Shown here one piece after another: positions 1 to 12,358 of a stretch of 64,000 nucleotides of DNA; the first letter of the stretch is position 1, and the number at the start of each line of letters is the position of its first letter. The notes beneath the pieces are model-generated. The model was given only the letters and a program-made list of their open reading frames with translations, searched no databases and had not been told where the DNA came from. The position numbers and the translations under genes were made by a program. The stretch lies in assembly GCA_002269645.1 (NCBI GenBank), contig NIVC01003474.1, forward strand, positions 1-64,000, written 5' to 3'. Source of the stretch: Macrostomum lignano. Its lineage: Eukaryota.

Positions 1-1235
1 CTTCCCAGCGTTTCTGCGGCTTCAATGCAGTGAAGACAAGCCCAACAGACGCAAAGCGAAGCTTGGATAAAACTAATCGATGTAATTAAGCTCCTGTGCA
101 ATATGGATTTTCAGCAGGGCAGTTGTGTAACGCTGGTCTGTTTCATTTCCTCTATCTTCATGGGCGCCGTGATTAGGCAACAGCCGCATACGAGAAACGG
201 CCTCTTAGCATTTCATTCGGAAGTTGCGAGCGTAGCTCAGCTACCATTCCCCTATAGCTACCTTTAATTGTACGCTTGTATAACATTGGCTTTGGGAGTC
301 GGTGATTAAGCAAAAAAGGCATTGCGTATTAAAAAAGTCAAGCATTAAAGTCAAGCCCAATAGGCGAACGCTGGGGTTCTGTGCTTGGATGAAGCCATTC
401 GGCAACGTGTAATATCGATTTTACAGAAGCAGGGATCGCATGCCCATTTGTTCTTTTTTGTTATTTTAAACAACTAAGCAGGCCAGAAGGCAGCTGATCA
501 CTGGATTTATGGATAACGCCAAGCTGATTTGCCTGTCTTCGTCAGCTGTAATTTTGTAAATAATTTTATAACACAACCCTAAGCCCAGATATTCTGCACA
601 TAAAATAGGCTGTGCGAGCTACAAGTAAACTCCTCAATAATAGCCATATATTACTTCAGAGGTACAACCTAGCTGTTCTGATTGTCAGTGTGCACTTTCT
701 TCCCCATTGTCATTGATTGTCCCCTTCGTAATATGCAGAGCTGTAGCAGCTGCCATAATCATTAATAGTTACTTCATACCTTTGAAATGAATGGGCTGTG
801 AGTGTCTGATTGATATTAAGAACATTAATTTCTTCTTGAGCCGAGAACTTTGTATGCACTAGGTGCATTCTTTCTTGCAGTGGCATTTTGATTTTTACAG
901 TAGGTGAGGTTGGATTCAGGTAGGAGCCTGGTGAGAATATTTTATTTCAGGATTTTAGGGATCATAAATATTAAAATATTGGAATTATGGAGGAAGTGAA
1001 AAACTTTGTACTAAAAGCCCCCCCCCTATCCTGACAGCTATACTATTCTGGGATGGTGTCCATAGAGACGAGGACAACAAATTCTATTCGCTGGATAGCC
1101 CAGCCAGCCAACAGGAAAATGCAGCTGAGACATTATATTTAGAGCTGCAACTGCTCACTGGCTTAGCGACTTTCCTGGCTTAGAAGCATCTGCCAATCTA
1201 CCTCGACAACCAAGCCCTGCTGTCAGCGTCTTGGA

Positions 1236-2694
1236 ATGACACTTCACGAAGTTGCCATAACCTTGGCAGTGCTGATTTCATTCGCCGACGGTACATCTTT
1301 TGTCTTCGACAAGAGGCCGGACTTGTGCCACAATGCTGAGACTGCAGCTGACGGTCCGCGCAAACTGCTGGGCGTTGCCGATCCTCGAGTGTGCGCTGTC
1401 GAATGCGCGAGCAACACGACTCTGTGCTCAGTGTATGAGTACTCGCCTAGCAACAGGTCGTGCATTCTTGGAAACAGCTGCGACCTGCTGCTTTTCTGGC
1501 AACTCAGCGGCGGACCGGCCTGCAAAACGCAGGTGCTGCGAGGCGCAGCAGACTGTGAGACTGCGTCAGTGACTCCGACTACGACTTCAATTCCGATTAC
1601 GACTCCCACAATGACTCCTACAACGACCACTACGACTCCTACAACGACCACTACAGTTCCGACAACGACCACTACGGCTCCTACAACGACCACAACGACT
1701 CCTACAACGACCACTACAGTTCCGACAACGACCACTACGACTCCGACAACGACCACTACGACTCCTACAACGACCACTACGACTCCTACAACGACCACTA
1801 CGACTCCGACAACGACCACTACAGTTCCGACAACGACCACTACGACTCCTACAACGACCACAACGACTCCGACAACGACCACTACAGTTCCGACAACGAC
1901 CACTACGGCTCCTACAACGACCACAACGACTCCCACAACGACCACTACGACTCCTTCAACGACCACTACGACTCCGACAACGACCACTACGGCTCCTACA
2001 ACGACCAAAACGACTCCTACAACGACCACTACGACTCCGACAATGACCACTACGACTCCTACAACGACCACTACGACTCCTACAACGACCACTACAGTTC
2101 CGACAACGACCACTACGGCTCCTACAACGACCACAACGACTCCTACAACGACCACTACAGTTCCGACAACCACCACTACGGCTCCTACAACGACCACAAC
2201 GACTCCTACAACGACCACTACAGTTCCGACAACGACCACTACGACTCCGACAACGACCACTACGACTCCTACAACGACCACTACGACTCCTACAACGACC
2301 ACTACGACTCCTACAACGACCACTACAGTTCCGACAACGACCACTACGGCTCCTACAACGACCACAACGACTCCCACAACGACCACTACGACTCCTTCAA
2401 CGACCACTACGACTCCGACAACGACCACTACGGCTCCTACAACGACCAAAACGACTCCTACAACGACCACTACGACTCCTTTAACGACCACTACGGCTCC
2501 GACAACGACCACTACGACTCCGACAACGACCACTACAACTCCTTCAACGACCACTACGACTCCTACAACGAGCACTACAACTCCTTCAACGACCACTACG
2601 ACTCCGACAACGACCACTCCGGCTACTACAACAACCACTTCAGCTGCAACTACGACTCCGGCCACTACGACTCCGGCTCCACTGGCACTAACAG
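1236..2694 (+). CDS. Exon 1 of a secreted mucin-like protein: signal peptide, PAN/Apple-like Cys domain, Thr-rich stalk
   Basis: Hydrophobic N-terminus MTLHEVAITLAVLISFADG; PAN-like CAVEC...CSVYEY....SCIL pattern; 21-nt repeats encoding PTTTTT(T/V/A). Donor CAG|GTATGC at 2694/2695 is phase 1 and matches the phase-1 acceptor at 6445. Confidence 0.8.
1617..2625 (+). repeat. Coding 21-bp minisatellite, about 48 units (PTTTTTx)
   Basis: Units of CC(T/G)ACAACGACCAC(T/A)AC(GACT/AGTT/GGCT) read directly. Confidence 0.95.
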
Positions 2695-3139
2695 GTATGC
2701 ATAGAAAGAAGTTCAGGTAGCCAAGGTAGACGAGTAGAGGAGCTCAACTTTTGCCTATTCACCGTCATAAGAGACAGGCAACCTGCTAAGACAGCAAATA
2801 TAGGCGCACTTCTGGACTGCGGCCCCTCCAATTAAAATTCCTGCGTACGCACTGACCAGCGATCAGTTATCGGTCCCTGTGGCTTCCGTCAGCGACCATT
2901 CGTTGGGCCTATTTCTTTCGTACCTGATTAATTGAAAATTCTTTTTTTCGTCACGGTTTCTCAAGGGTTCTCAAATATTAATGCAGATCCCATAAAGCAA
3001 TTTGCATATTTTAAAAGCTCAAACTTCGTAATTTTAATCTGTACGTTGCTAAACACTCCGACGTGTGGTCATGATGCATTTTAAATTCGTCTTGATCTGA
3101 CTTGACTTAGCGACAGGGGTTTCCGGGCATCCGGATACA

Positions 3140-3500
3140 GCAGGGAGGGGTCGCCCATTCCGCTAACCGCTGGCGACCACGGGCAGCTGGTGCTGGGGTG
3201 TCGCGCAGGGAGATGCGGTGTGCCGGTGTCTCTGTCCGCCGGGAGAGTGGTTCGGTGGGCCTAGCTGCGGTGCGGCACGTGGGAAAGAGCTGGTGAACAT
3301 GGCGTCCAGCAATTTTCCTGGGTTCTCAGAAAGCGGGCCATCCGGTCTTTTAATTACTGAGAGAGCTTTGACATTTTTGAGAGTGAGAGCCTCGATCACG
3401 CGTCATCACGGGTGGGTGCCTTCTGACTCCGCGCAGTATTGGCGCCACTTGTCGGACTTGGCTTTCCTCGCTCTTCTTCGTCGCTATTAGTACCCAGAGA
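3140..3500 (-). mobile_element. Degenerate non-LTR retrotransposon fragment (region between endonuclease and RT)
   Basis: Minus strand reads RRARKAKSDKWRQYCAESEG..**..LSVIKRPDGPLSENPGKLLDAMFTSSFP, resembling the AK..SW..FC / PDG....P.E.L..L....FP linker of LINE ORF2; in-frame stops. Confidence 0.55.
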
Positions 3501-3589
3501 GGAACATCACGAGCACAGAGAGGCAAAACAATGGCCTTAAAAGCCAAGACGAGCAGAAAACAAAAAAGGGAAAAAAAACTTAAACCAGC

Positions 3590-4910
3590 AACGTTAGCAG
3601 GAGACGCAAAAGAAAGTAGGTAACGCCGTTAAAACTGGACATAGACCCCCCCCCCCGAGCAAAGGAAGCAGACGCCGCCACCGCCTGACAGAGCTGCGGC
3701 AGGTACCGCTGCACCGCACTGCTCCTCCAGTCCCCGATGCGCATGACATCCGACACGGGCGGACCCAGCGCCGACACCCAGGTCGCACCCCCCGCCGCAG
3801 GCTGTGGGTGGAGAAAAACTCGCGATTGAAATTGGCCGCGGCCAGCTTGCTGCTGAGAAAGCGGTCCAGCTGCGGGCCTGTCGGCAGACGCCGGTTGCCT
3901 CGGGCATCGCATAACGACCAGAGGGGCTGATCGGCCGACACCAGCCGATTCTCACAGATGTGTCGCTTGAGGGCAGCGACAGGACACAGTGCCAGCCGTC
4001 GAGCCAGCCTTGGGAGAAAAACCAGATGCACGCCGCTCCTTAAACTTGATGGTCTTTCCGAATCGCAGCGCAGGGCAAGGACCCTGGGGTACCTCTGCGT
4101 TGCATGAGTGCTCGGCCCTTAGATGTTCGACGGAGCAGGTTAGACTTGCGGAGCATAACCGCCAGCAGCAGTTGACTGTCGCCCAGCATGCTAGCTGAAA
4201 CTTGGCCCCGTCGACTTGGTGCTGCAGATCCACCAGCATGAAGAGGGATACCGGCCACTTCTTGGTAGCTGGAAGTTCCAACTCGCGTTTGGCGCCACGT
4301 GGAAGCAGTGCCGTGGCAGCATGGTTGGTCAGGTCTAGCGCAGAGTTGACTCAGAACCAGAGCGACAGGGAGCTGGCCACAGAGGAAACACCGCTGAAGG
4401 AGCGCATCCGGGTGCCCACAAGGTCAGCCAGATAGTTGAGCAGAGCTACTACAGGACAGTGGACCGAGTCCCAATCAAATTGCCGGCAAAACTCACGCCG
4501 ACAAATTGTTGGCGCATACGAGGCGCTCAGCAGCAAGGCGTCGCGGTGGATGAGTGGGTCCGGCGCATCTTGGCGGCCTGTAAATGAAGGGAGGCGGTGG
4601 TGGCGGGGCAGAAAGGCATGCATCTGCAGAGTCGCCAGCGTCCACTGGCACAAAGAAGCATGTCAACGGAGTAAAAAAGTTTAACAACTGGCTAGGCTCA
4701 TGCAGCCGAGAATTCGAATCCGCAAAAAGCTGGAACTCGCCCGATATGTGAAAGGCACAAACACTCATCCCAATGCGCAGTCATTGCCTTCCTCTTGAAG
4801 GTCTGAGGCCCTGTTGTCCATCCATTTCGATTATGTTCTGAGTAGCGGCAGGATTTGAGTGAGAGTCCACCGGAAGTTCCGGTGTTGCAAATGTCTGATC
4901 GAGCCGCGGT
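3590..4910 (-). mobile_element. Degenerate tyrosine-recombinase retrotransposon (Ngaro/DIRS-like): RNase H tail plus YR
   Basis: Minus-strand motifs AFHISGEFQLFADSNSRL (RNase H end), CPVVALLNYLA, LRFGKTIKFKERR, CPVAALKRH and THSLRRGGAT...MRIGDWRSSAVQRY (YR catalytic H-x-x-R, W, Y); multiple frameshifts. Confidence 0.8.
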
Positions 4911-4959
4911 ACCAACCTCGGTTGGCGTTTCAGCAGCATCAATAGACGTGCTAGAAGTA

Positions 4960-5302
4960 ATTAATATGATAATAATAATTGATTAGACCTATCTAATTGG
5001 GCAGATGTGCAACCGACAGCTCAGCCGCAGCTACTGTGCGGCACATCTGAAGGCTGCGTACGGCTGTTCAGTCCAAGGACTGGGGGGTCGCCACACACAG
5101 CCTCAATTACCCCAGCTAGCTGGCCAGCCGGAATGCTGGCCAGAATGCTGGCGCCCATTTTACAGCTGGGTGAACTGAAGCAATGCGGAGTCAAGCGTCT
5201 TCCTGAAGGACACATATTGTTCCGAGTGGGTCGAGAATCGAACCCCCGATTCCAGTCCTACCAATCGTGAGTCCGACGCTCCAACCACTAGACTACAACC
5301 CC
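4960..5302 (-). mobile_element. tRNA-derived SINE (Val-CAC-like head, (ATT)n tail)
   Basis: Minus strand GGGGTTGTAGTCTAGTGGTTGG (A box) ... CTCACGA loop ... GGTTCGATTC (B box) at 5302-5222. The anticodon stem is broken, so it is not a tRNA gene. Short ATT repeats at about 4968-4980. Confidence 0.7.
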
Positions 5303-6059
5303 AAATTACAGGAAGCAATTAGAATACTCAATGAGTCGCTGAAAGGCGAATGCGTACTAAAGGTGAGAGACTGCTAGGCCGTAACCCCAAACCCAACAGC
5401 CAGCCAAAAGATAGCGACCGGGGGTGGCCTAAGCCCTTACCGGCCCAACCGCTAGCAACCGAGAAGCTCCCCAGCTAAGAGCCCCGCTTGTAGAAACCAG
5501 AAGCCGAACCAAAGGTCCACCAGCGCGGTGCTACTCTGGGCCCTCGAGGGAGACAAGAGGGCTGTCTCCGGAGACTGGGGACTGGTCGCATACCCTGTTA
5601 GGTCAGAGGGTGATAACTGTTTCTTAGAGCCGTAACCAGATGTGCCTCATAGGCACAAATTCCCTTCCGGGCAAAGCCGGTACCCAAAACGGCCAAGCCA
5701 AGGCCACGGATGGGTTGCCGCCGTCAATCCAGCAGCCCTAGAGCTGCCTTGAACACATGCTGTTCTGGAGTTCCATTTCTATATAATTTAGGGGTTTTTC
5801 TTGTTGTCTACTCGTAATTGTACATGCATTTTATCTCTTTAATGTACATGAGCCATCCGCTCTCTCTTCTGCTTAACCCACCCCACGTTAAATCTCGTAA
5901 AAAGGCACGATATTTTGATTAAGTGCATTTTAGGTGTTTTTTATGCCTGCGCGAGATCGCAGGATTGGTGAAGGCAAAACCTTTTAAACATCCGATTTTT
6001 CTTTGTTTATTTTTTGTTCTGAAAATATTATTCGATTGAACATGTGGGATGGGAACGCC

Positions 6060-6256
6060 TGGGTCAACTTGTGGGTCAGCTTAGAGAGAGTTCTCCCGCC
6101 ATTCCTGCACGAATGGAGAGGAGTGGGAACGAGATAAAAGAGGAAAGTAGATTAAAAAGAAAAGAGCTGAGAAGAGGCACCAGCCTTGAGCAGACGGTAT
6201 AGAGGATTCAAGCACCGGATACAGAGACTTTGCGGTCGGATGTTTGGCGACCCCTG
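6060..6256. mobile_element. Partial copy of a GA-rich hAT (Charlie-like) MITE family
   Basis: Ends in TTTGGCGACCCCTG (reverse complement CAGGGGTCGCCAAA). Shares CCTTGAGCAGACGG and the purine-rich core with the copy at 49576-49906. Confidence 0.55.
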
Positions 6257-6445
6257 ATTAAAATAGACAAACGCTGCACACGCAATTCGCACAATTCGTT
6301 TTAAGCTTTCTCTGCTGCATTCGCGAGATATATGATATTCACACGTTTTCTAGCTCCAAGCTTCCAAAATTTCCCCTCTGGACTTCCGAATTTCAAATTC
6401 AATTTAAATCAATTCAATTTTCTCCTTTGCGACATAAAATTTCAG

Positions 6446-7191
6446 TGCCAACCTCGGGTTCAAAACAACATGGAACGCCGGTGACCTACACGCCCCCTGT
6501 GGACAATGCCTGCTATCGGTTCGAAGCGCGTGGCGCCAAAGGAGGTTCCGGAAGCGCAGCCGGTGGCCATGGGGCTATAAAAATTGCCCACTTTATCCTG
6601 AACAGCTCTCAGACGTTGACTATTGTTGTCGGAAAACCCGGAAACAATGGCGATGGCGGCGGCGGCGGAGGCGGCACTTTCGTCTACACGAGTGGCGGCA
6701 GTCCCGTCCTGCTGCTGGCGGCTGGAGGAGGAGGCGGTGGAGGAGGCGTCAGTTCGGCTACAGGCAGCCCTGGAATCAGTTCGACCGGCGGCTGCTCCGG
6801 ATTGGCCAATCAAAACGCGGGAAGCAACCCGTCCGAAATTAACTGTGGCGCCGGCGGTGCCGGATGGCAATCACCTGGGACTCCACCTGGGGGCAGCCAT
6901 TGTGGCTCAGTTGGAAGTAACTTGGCAGGAGGTGATGGCGCATCAGGCGGCTTTGGTGGCTACGGTGGTGGAGGCGGTGGAGGCCGATCAATGGGACCAA
7001 ATAAGTCCGGAGGCGGCGGTGGCGGAGGCTACTGCGGCGGCTCCGGCGGGGCGCAAGACAATCCAGGTGGCGGCGGCTCCAGCTATGCAGCTTCTTCAGC
7101 CAAGCAAGTTTCAGGATCGGATGGAGGCAACACCGAAGCTGATGGCAAGCTAGACATATCTATCGTGGCTAGCTCCTTCTGTACACCGTGA
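6446..7191 (+). CDS. Exon 2 of the same gene: ALK/LTK-like glycine-rich domain
   Basis: Acceptor AAATTTCAG|TG at 6445/6446 restores codon GTG in frame with exon 1. Translation YRFEARGAKGG..GGHGA...F.L....LTIVVG..G...GGGGGGTFV....LLLAAGGGGG resembles the ALK/LTK Gly-rich fold. Stop at 7191; no TM segment. Confidence 0.75.
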
Positions 7192-9410
7192 TCACCCGAT
7201 GGAAACGCTACCGTGTCAAGGATCACAAAACACATAAAATTCTAGTAACTTTGTGGCGACTCTTGTAAACTTTAACGACTCAAATGACTGTAATTCGACG
7301 TAGAGGCGAATGTGAATTCAGAAACGTGTCATGTGAGTTGTAGCTTCTTAAGAGTCGCAAAAGAGTCGTCCATGAGTCAATTTTAACAATAAACGCTGTT
7401 GGAATGATAAAGGCGCATATTTGAGGGAAAGAGTCAATTTTTGAAGGCAATGTTTCGTCGATAGACAGAGACGAGTTGGTTTTTACATTTGATTTTAATT
7501 GATACGTTCGTGCCAATCACGTGTATTGCAATCGTCGAGAATGCCATGTTTGCCAGAATGGGAGAAAGGCAGTTGAACTTCCTGGCAGTTTCCTGCCACA
7601 TATTTGCTTGTAGTTTATTCGTTTTGCACACGGTTTCGCCTTAGAGTAAAAATACCGTATTGGTTGTAGACGCGGCTACATCTATCTGTGAACTTTTTTC
7701 TCGCTTTTATGGACAATGTTTGTGGACACGCATTTGATTCCAGCTAATCCACTCACACTTACAGGCAACTCTGTTGCTTTCAAAGCAAATTTACACACTG
7801 TAGGCAGTCAGTCAGTCTCGTGGCTCTTTCCCACTATGCTTTGCTAATGGAATGCAATTAAGAAAAAGCTGCATCGTAAAAGTCTTAGTGATAGTTTTTT
7901 CCCAGAGACAGACCTGATAGACAGAGGCTCTGCGTTTGATGGACTCGCTCGCTCAACAAGTCAACATGCCACAGGGGTTATAAAGTTATCGATGAGGACA
8001 GCCTTTATTGACCGTTTGTCAAAGCTGAAAAGGCATCCTGGACGAGTCGCTGTGCTCGCAACACGGTCTGAAGCTTCTGAAAATTTAAAATAAATTTAGA
8101 TAATTCTCCGGTGTTATACATACGCAGGTTGAAGTTCATGTAAAATTGAGTGGCGCTACTGTCCACAGCTGACTCGTGCGATCATGACTTAATGCAAATT
8201 AAAATAACGAGTTGACTTTCTAATCTGTTGGCGCCTTTTGCTCTTCCTAACTCCTTTCCTGTCTTGCTAAATATAAAAGATGTGTCGCAAATCGGACATG
8301 GATTGACGTCACTAATACTTGCGGATTAAGAAGTGTAAACTACCTTAGCTCGTGTACCAACCGGCCGAGTTCTACTTCGGCAGGGTGTTCCTCGTTCTGG
8401 CGCTGACGTCGGGCACGGTGGTCATCTGCGTGCTGCTGGCCTGGAACAACAGGACCGCTCGGCGAATGCACTCCGACACGGCCGGTGTTAGGGTTTCTGC
8501 TCTCCGGAGTTAAGGATCTCCGGCCGGCGATCCAACCAAAAAAATTACGCGATTTTACAATCGCCCTCACGGATATCAGGAACCATGACATAAGATAAGG
8601 TTACAGATCGCCGCCATGCTAGACTCTCCGGAGTATTATTATCTTAGAAAATTGGAAGATAAGAGATAAATTACATTTCTCTGTTTCTAGAAAGCCCAGC
8701 TCGTGAGCAGCCTGTAGCTTGCGCAACTTTTTCGATGAGTTCATCCATCTAGTGCATCGTACATTTGCATGCCCTGTGAGGGCTAAATTTAGAGTTGGCC
8801 AGACTTGTGCATCATTTTTCGTCTCTGTGCATTTGTCGAGGGATTTGATTGTCATATATAAGCAGTGAAATAAAACATATTGTGAGTAATTGTCTGTTTG
8901 CGGTTATCTTTACTTTCTACTTGTCAAATGGCTACTTTGAATCAAATATTCTTTTATGTACTGAACAATGACTGCGCACAAATTCCTGTTGACTTGAACT
9001 CGAGAGAGAAAAGCAATTTGAAGAGGCGCATCAGGTAAAAGAGCAGAAATTTTAGCATTCACGATGGAGCATTGTTTTACATGGTGAAAAATAAAGATGG
9101 CAGTAAGCGCATGCGGCCCGAAGACAGACGCAAGGTGCTGTTTACCGAGCAAGAAGTGCAAGTAAAGGTTTTGAGCCTTCATTCTCAAGGGAGCCATGTT
9201 GGCTTGAACAGCACCGTGAGTCTTTTCACGGCAAGGTACTATGCCGATATACCTGTAACACCGATTGCCAAAGCTGTGGTTCAGGCGTGTGCGAGGTGCG
9301 AAATGGTCAACAAGAAGTTTTCTTCAGCGCAGAAGGAGCTGCATCCCATTGAAGTTTCCAGGAATGCAGAGCGCCTCTTCGGCTTTTTGTGCATGGACTG
9401 CATCACAATG

Positions 9411-12358
9411 GAGGGCTCATCGGAAGTCAGAGTTTAAGGCAATGGCCTAATTGACACTCGCGGCTACCGCTAGTGTCGCTAGTGTAGCTACCGCCGCTCG
9501 TGTCAAAGGCCATTGCCTTAAACTCTGACTTCCGATGAGCATCATTGCTTAAAATTTCAAAACTCTTACGTAATCTACGCACTTTATGTACACTATCGTG
9601 AATTCTTATCAGTCGATGCTGCTAAGGGGGTTTGAGATAAGGTTGCCTCCACCTCGCCTATGTCTCACCTTTAAGTCGCGCACCTGAAGTCAGCCACCCC
9701 TTACTCTGCACCCACCCCTAAATTAATTAAAAATATAAATATTTGCGTGTCTAGAGGTCAAATCTCAGATAGAGAAAAGCGGATGGCTGCAGAGATGGAG
9801 GCACCGCTTATTAATTGGAAGTATTTGCCCTGCAGTGAGCTGGGCAACGTGACCAAGGACGAATTAAATTTTGTTTCGGAGGCTTCTTACAATGACAGAA
9901 GGGACGACGAGTTCGCTAGATTCTCGAATTCATTCAAAAGGAGCCCGAGCCCGATGAGCATCTGCCGCTCCTGCAGGAAGGCGGCGTAGATATCAGCGCC
10001 ATGGACATCGCCGAGATTGACAGCCTACCAGCAGACAGCAGGAAGCAGATGGACAGCGGTTCAAGACATTCCTCACAGAGGAAAATCTTCAGCGCAATTT
10101 ACAAACCATTCCGAATTCGGTGCTCAACCAATACATTCGCTACTTCTACTTTAAACTGAAGAAGATTGACGGCGAACCCTACTCGCCCGCATCGCTGGTG
10201 TGCATCAGGGCTGGACTGCAGCGCTATTTGCGGATGATCGAGAAGCTAACCGTTGACATCATCAATGGAGAAGACTTTTCTTCTGCAAATAGCATGCTGC
10301 GTGTGAAGGTTCGAGACTTTCACCAGAGTGGTGGGAGGACGCAGCAGTTTGAGCCAATCGAGGAGGGGGACATGAGGAGCTGATGATCTACTTCCAAGGC
10401 AGCACAGCTGAAGTTGAGCAGGACAAATTCTTATTCTACATCATATACAGCTTTGGCGAGCGAGGCCAGGAGCACCTCAAGTTCTTGAAGGATAGAAGCT
10501 CACTTCAATTGCACGTCGACTCTGATGGAAAGCCGTACTACTGTCTGCCTCCGTTGCCCTCGAAAAATAAGTCAGCAGATCCAGAGAAGGCCAAGAAGCA
10601 GCCCGACAACAAGCAGGCCAGAATTTACGACGTGGAAAAGGTGGAGAAATACCTCAAGCTGCTTCCAGTTACAACGAAGGACAACAATCTGTTTCCTCGT
10701 CCTTTGGCCAGCCGCAACGATGGAGGCCCTGTTTTCTCCTCGAAGCAGAACCGTGGAGAGAATTATCTGAGTGGCTTCATGAGAAACTTGAGTACGAAGG
10801 CGGGACTTGCGAAGACCTACCAAGGACGACTTAAGTAGAAGGACGGGAAACCTCGTTTCTTAGAAAATTTTTGAAGGCACTTTTTCCCGAAAAAATACAC
10901 TGCGGAGATAGGAAATTTTCATTTTTTCAGCACAAAAATTGCTATAACTTTTGATAGGAGGCAGATCCAGTGTTGATCTTTTGATATGTTGTGCCTTTTT
11001 TATTGCTCTATCGATATTTATAAAGCTTTCCGTTCAGAAAATTAGGATTGTATGTTAATTTTTTATTCTACGTATATTTTCATGTGTCTTGTGCTTGAAA
11101 TACATTAGAATGCCACGGCTCGGCTCTTTGGTTTTATGAGTCTATTTTATCCTTCTTACTGACTGTATAGCAAATAGTCGTAACATAGATGATAAAATAG
11201 ATTCATAAAACCAAATATTAGAGCTGTGTCATGCATTTTTGTGATTTTTAGATACAGGAAATATCCGTAGAATAAAAAATTAACATAGAATCCTAATTTT
11301 CTGAACGGAAAGCTTTATAAATATCGATAGAGCAATAAAAAAGGCACAACATATCAAAAGATCAACACTGGATCTGCCTCCCATCAAAAGTTATAGCAAT
11401 TTTTGTGCTGAAAAAATGAAAATTTCCTATCTCCGCAGTGTATATTTTTTCGGGAAAAAGTGCCTTCAAAAATTTTCTAAGAAACGAGGTTTCCCGTCCT
11501 TCTACTTAAGTCGTCCTTGAGACCTACACGAATCATTGCATTCGGTAAGACTGATAAATTAATAATAGTAACTTTAATTATGTTATGATACATGTTATGT
11601 TACCAATTACTCATGAATCCAACTATATAAATTTGCACTCTAAAACAGGGTCACGCGAATATGCGATCTCGAGGCGGCAGGGCACAGAATGAGCGATATA
11701 ATGAGCATTACTGGACAGCTGAGCGAGCGAACGACTAGGAGGTACCTAGCCAAGCGTCGCGACCGGTCGCTTCAAAAGACGAGTGAGTCTGTTCAAGTGG
11801 CATTGAATCGTCATGATCTAGAGCAAGAAGCTGGGCCACCCGAACATGCTGATGCTGTTGAGATCGTCGGTGAGACTGTAGTATCGACGGAGGTTAGTGT
11901 TAGCACTGAAGCTGCCTATTCTGTTGGTACGAAGTTTGCCTTCAACAATTGCACCTTTCACGGATGTTCCTTTAATTAGGCATGCAATCTTTACTTCTAC
12001 AGGAATCAGCAAATTGTACTCGTAGAATTACTGAAAGAATAAGAACGACAGTCTAGTTTAATATTTTTTATTTAATGACTTTTAGTACTTTGCTCGACCA
12101 GTATGATGTTCATCACCGACAAAAATTTACATGATATACTGACACTGTGCTTTTTGTACTGTCGATTTTGCAATTCCTGTGCCAGTTTAATTATTTACAT
12201 CTTAAAATAAACGTTTTGAATTGACTGATGCAAGATACGCTCTGCAAGATGCTGGATAAAAACTGGCTTGAATTAATTGGTTGCATTGAAATTGGAATTC
12301 TAGGCAATGGCCTGCCATCGCCATGGGTCATTGCCATGAGGAGAAATTTTGGGCAATG
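9411..12358 (+). mobile_element. Crypton-type tyrosine-recombinase DNA transposon (DUF3504/KCTD1-ZMYM-like YR), degenerate, nested in Ginger
   Basis: YFKLKKIDGEPYSPASLVCIRAGLQRY, SFGERGQEH and YTNHCIR|VTR...IMSITGQLSERTTRRY. Phase-2 intron 11545-11648; 1-nt deletion near 10380. Flanked by CAATG (9406-9410, 12354-12358); removing it restores the Ginger frame MDCITM-PTTTPNG. Confidence 0.85.
10821..11519. mobile_element. Non-autonomous foldback element (about 270-bp TIRs, 8-bp TSD; P/hAT-like) nested in the Crypton ORF
   Basis: TSD AGACCTAC (10813-10820, 11520-11527); termini CAAGGACGACTTAAG / CTTAAGTCGTCCTTG; long near-perfect TIRs. Excision restores AKTYTNHCIR. Confidence 0.93.

Noticed and set aside
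1244-2665. 473-aa Val/Gly-rich minus-strand ORF
   Set aside because: Antisense shadow of the ACN-rich 21-bp repeat, which has no stops on the reverse strand.
5222-5302. tRNA-Val gene
   Set aside because: The anticodon stem is disrupted and the variable region is expanded; it is followed by a SINE-like body and simple-repeat tail.
6427-7191. Gly-rich ORF as a stand-alone gene or bacterial/phage contamination
   Set aside because: It has no ATG start (TTG only), a good acceptor sits at its 5' end in phase with exon 1, and the context is eukaryotic.
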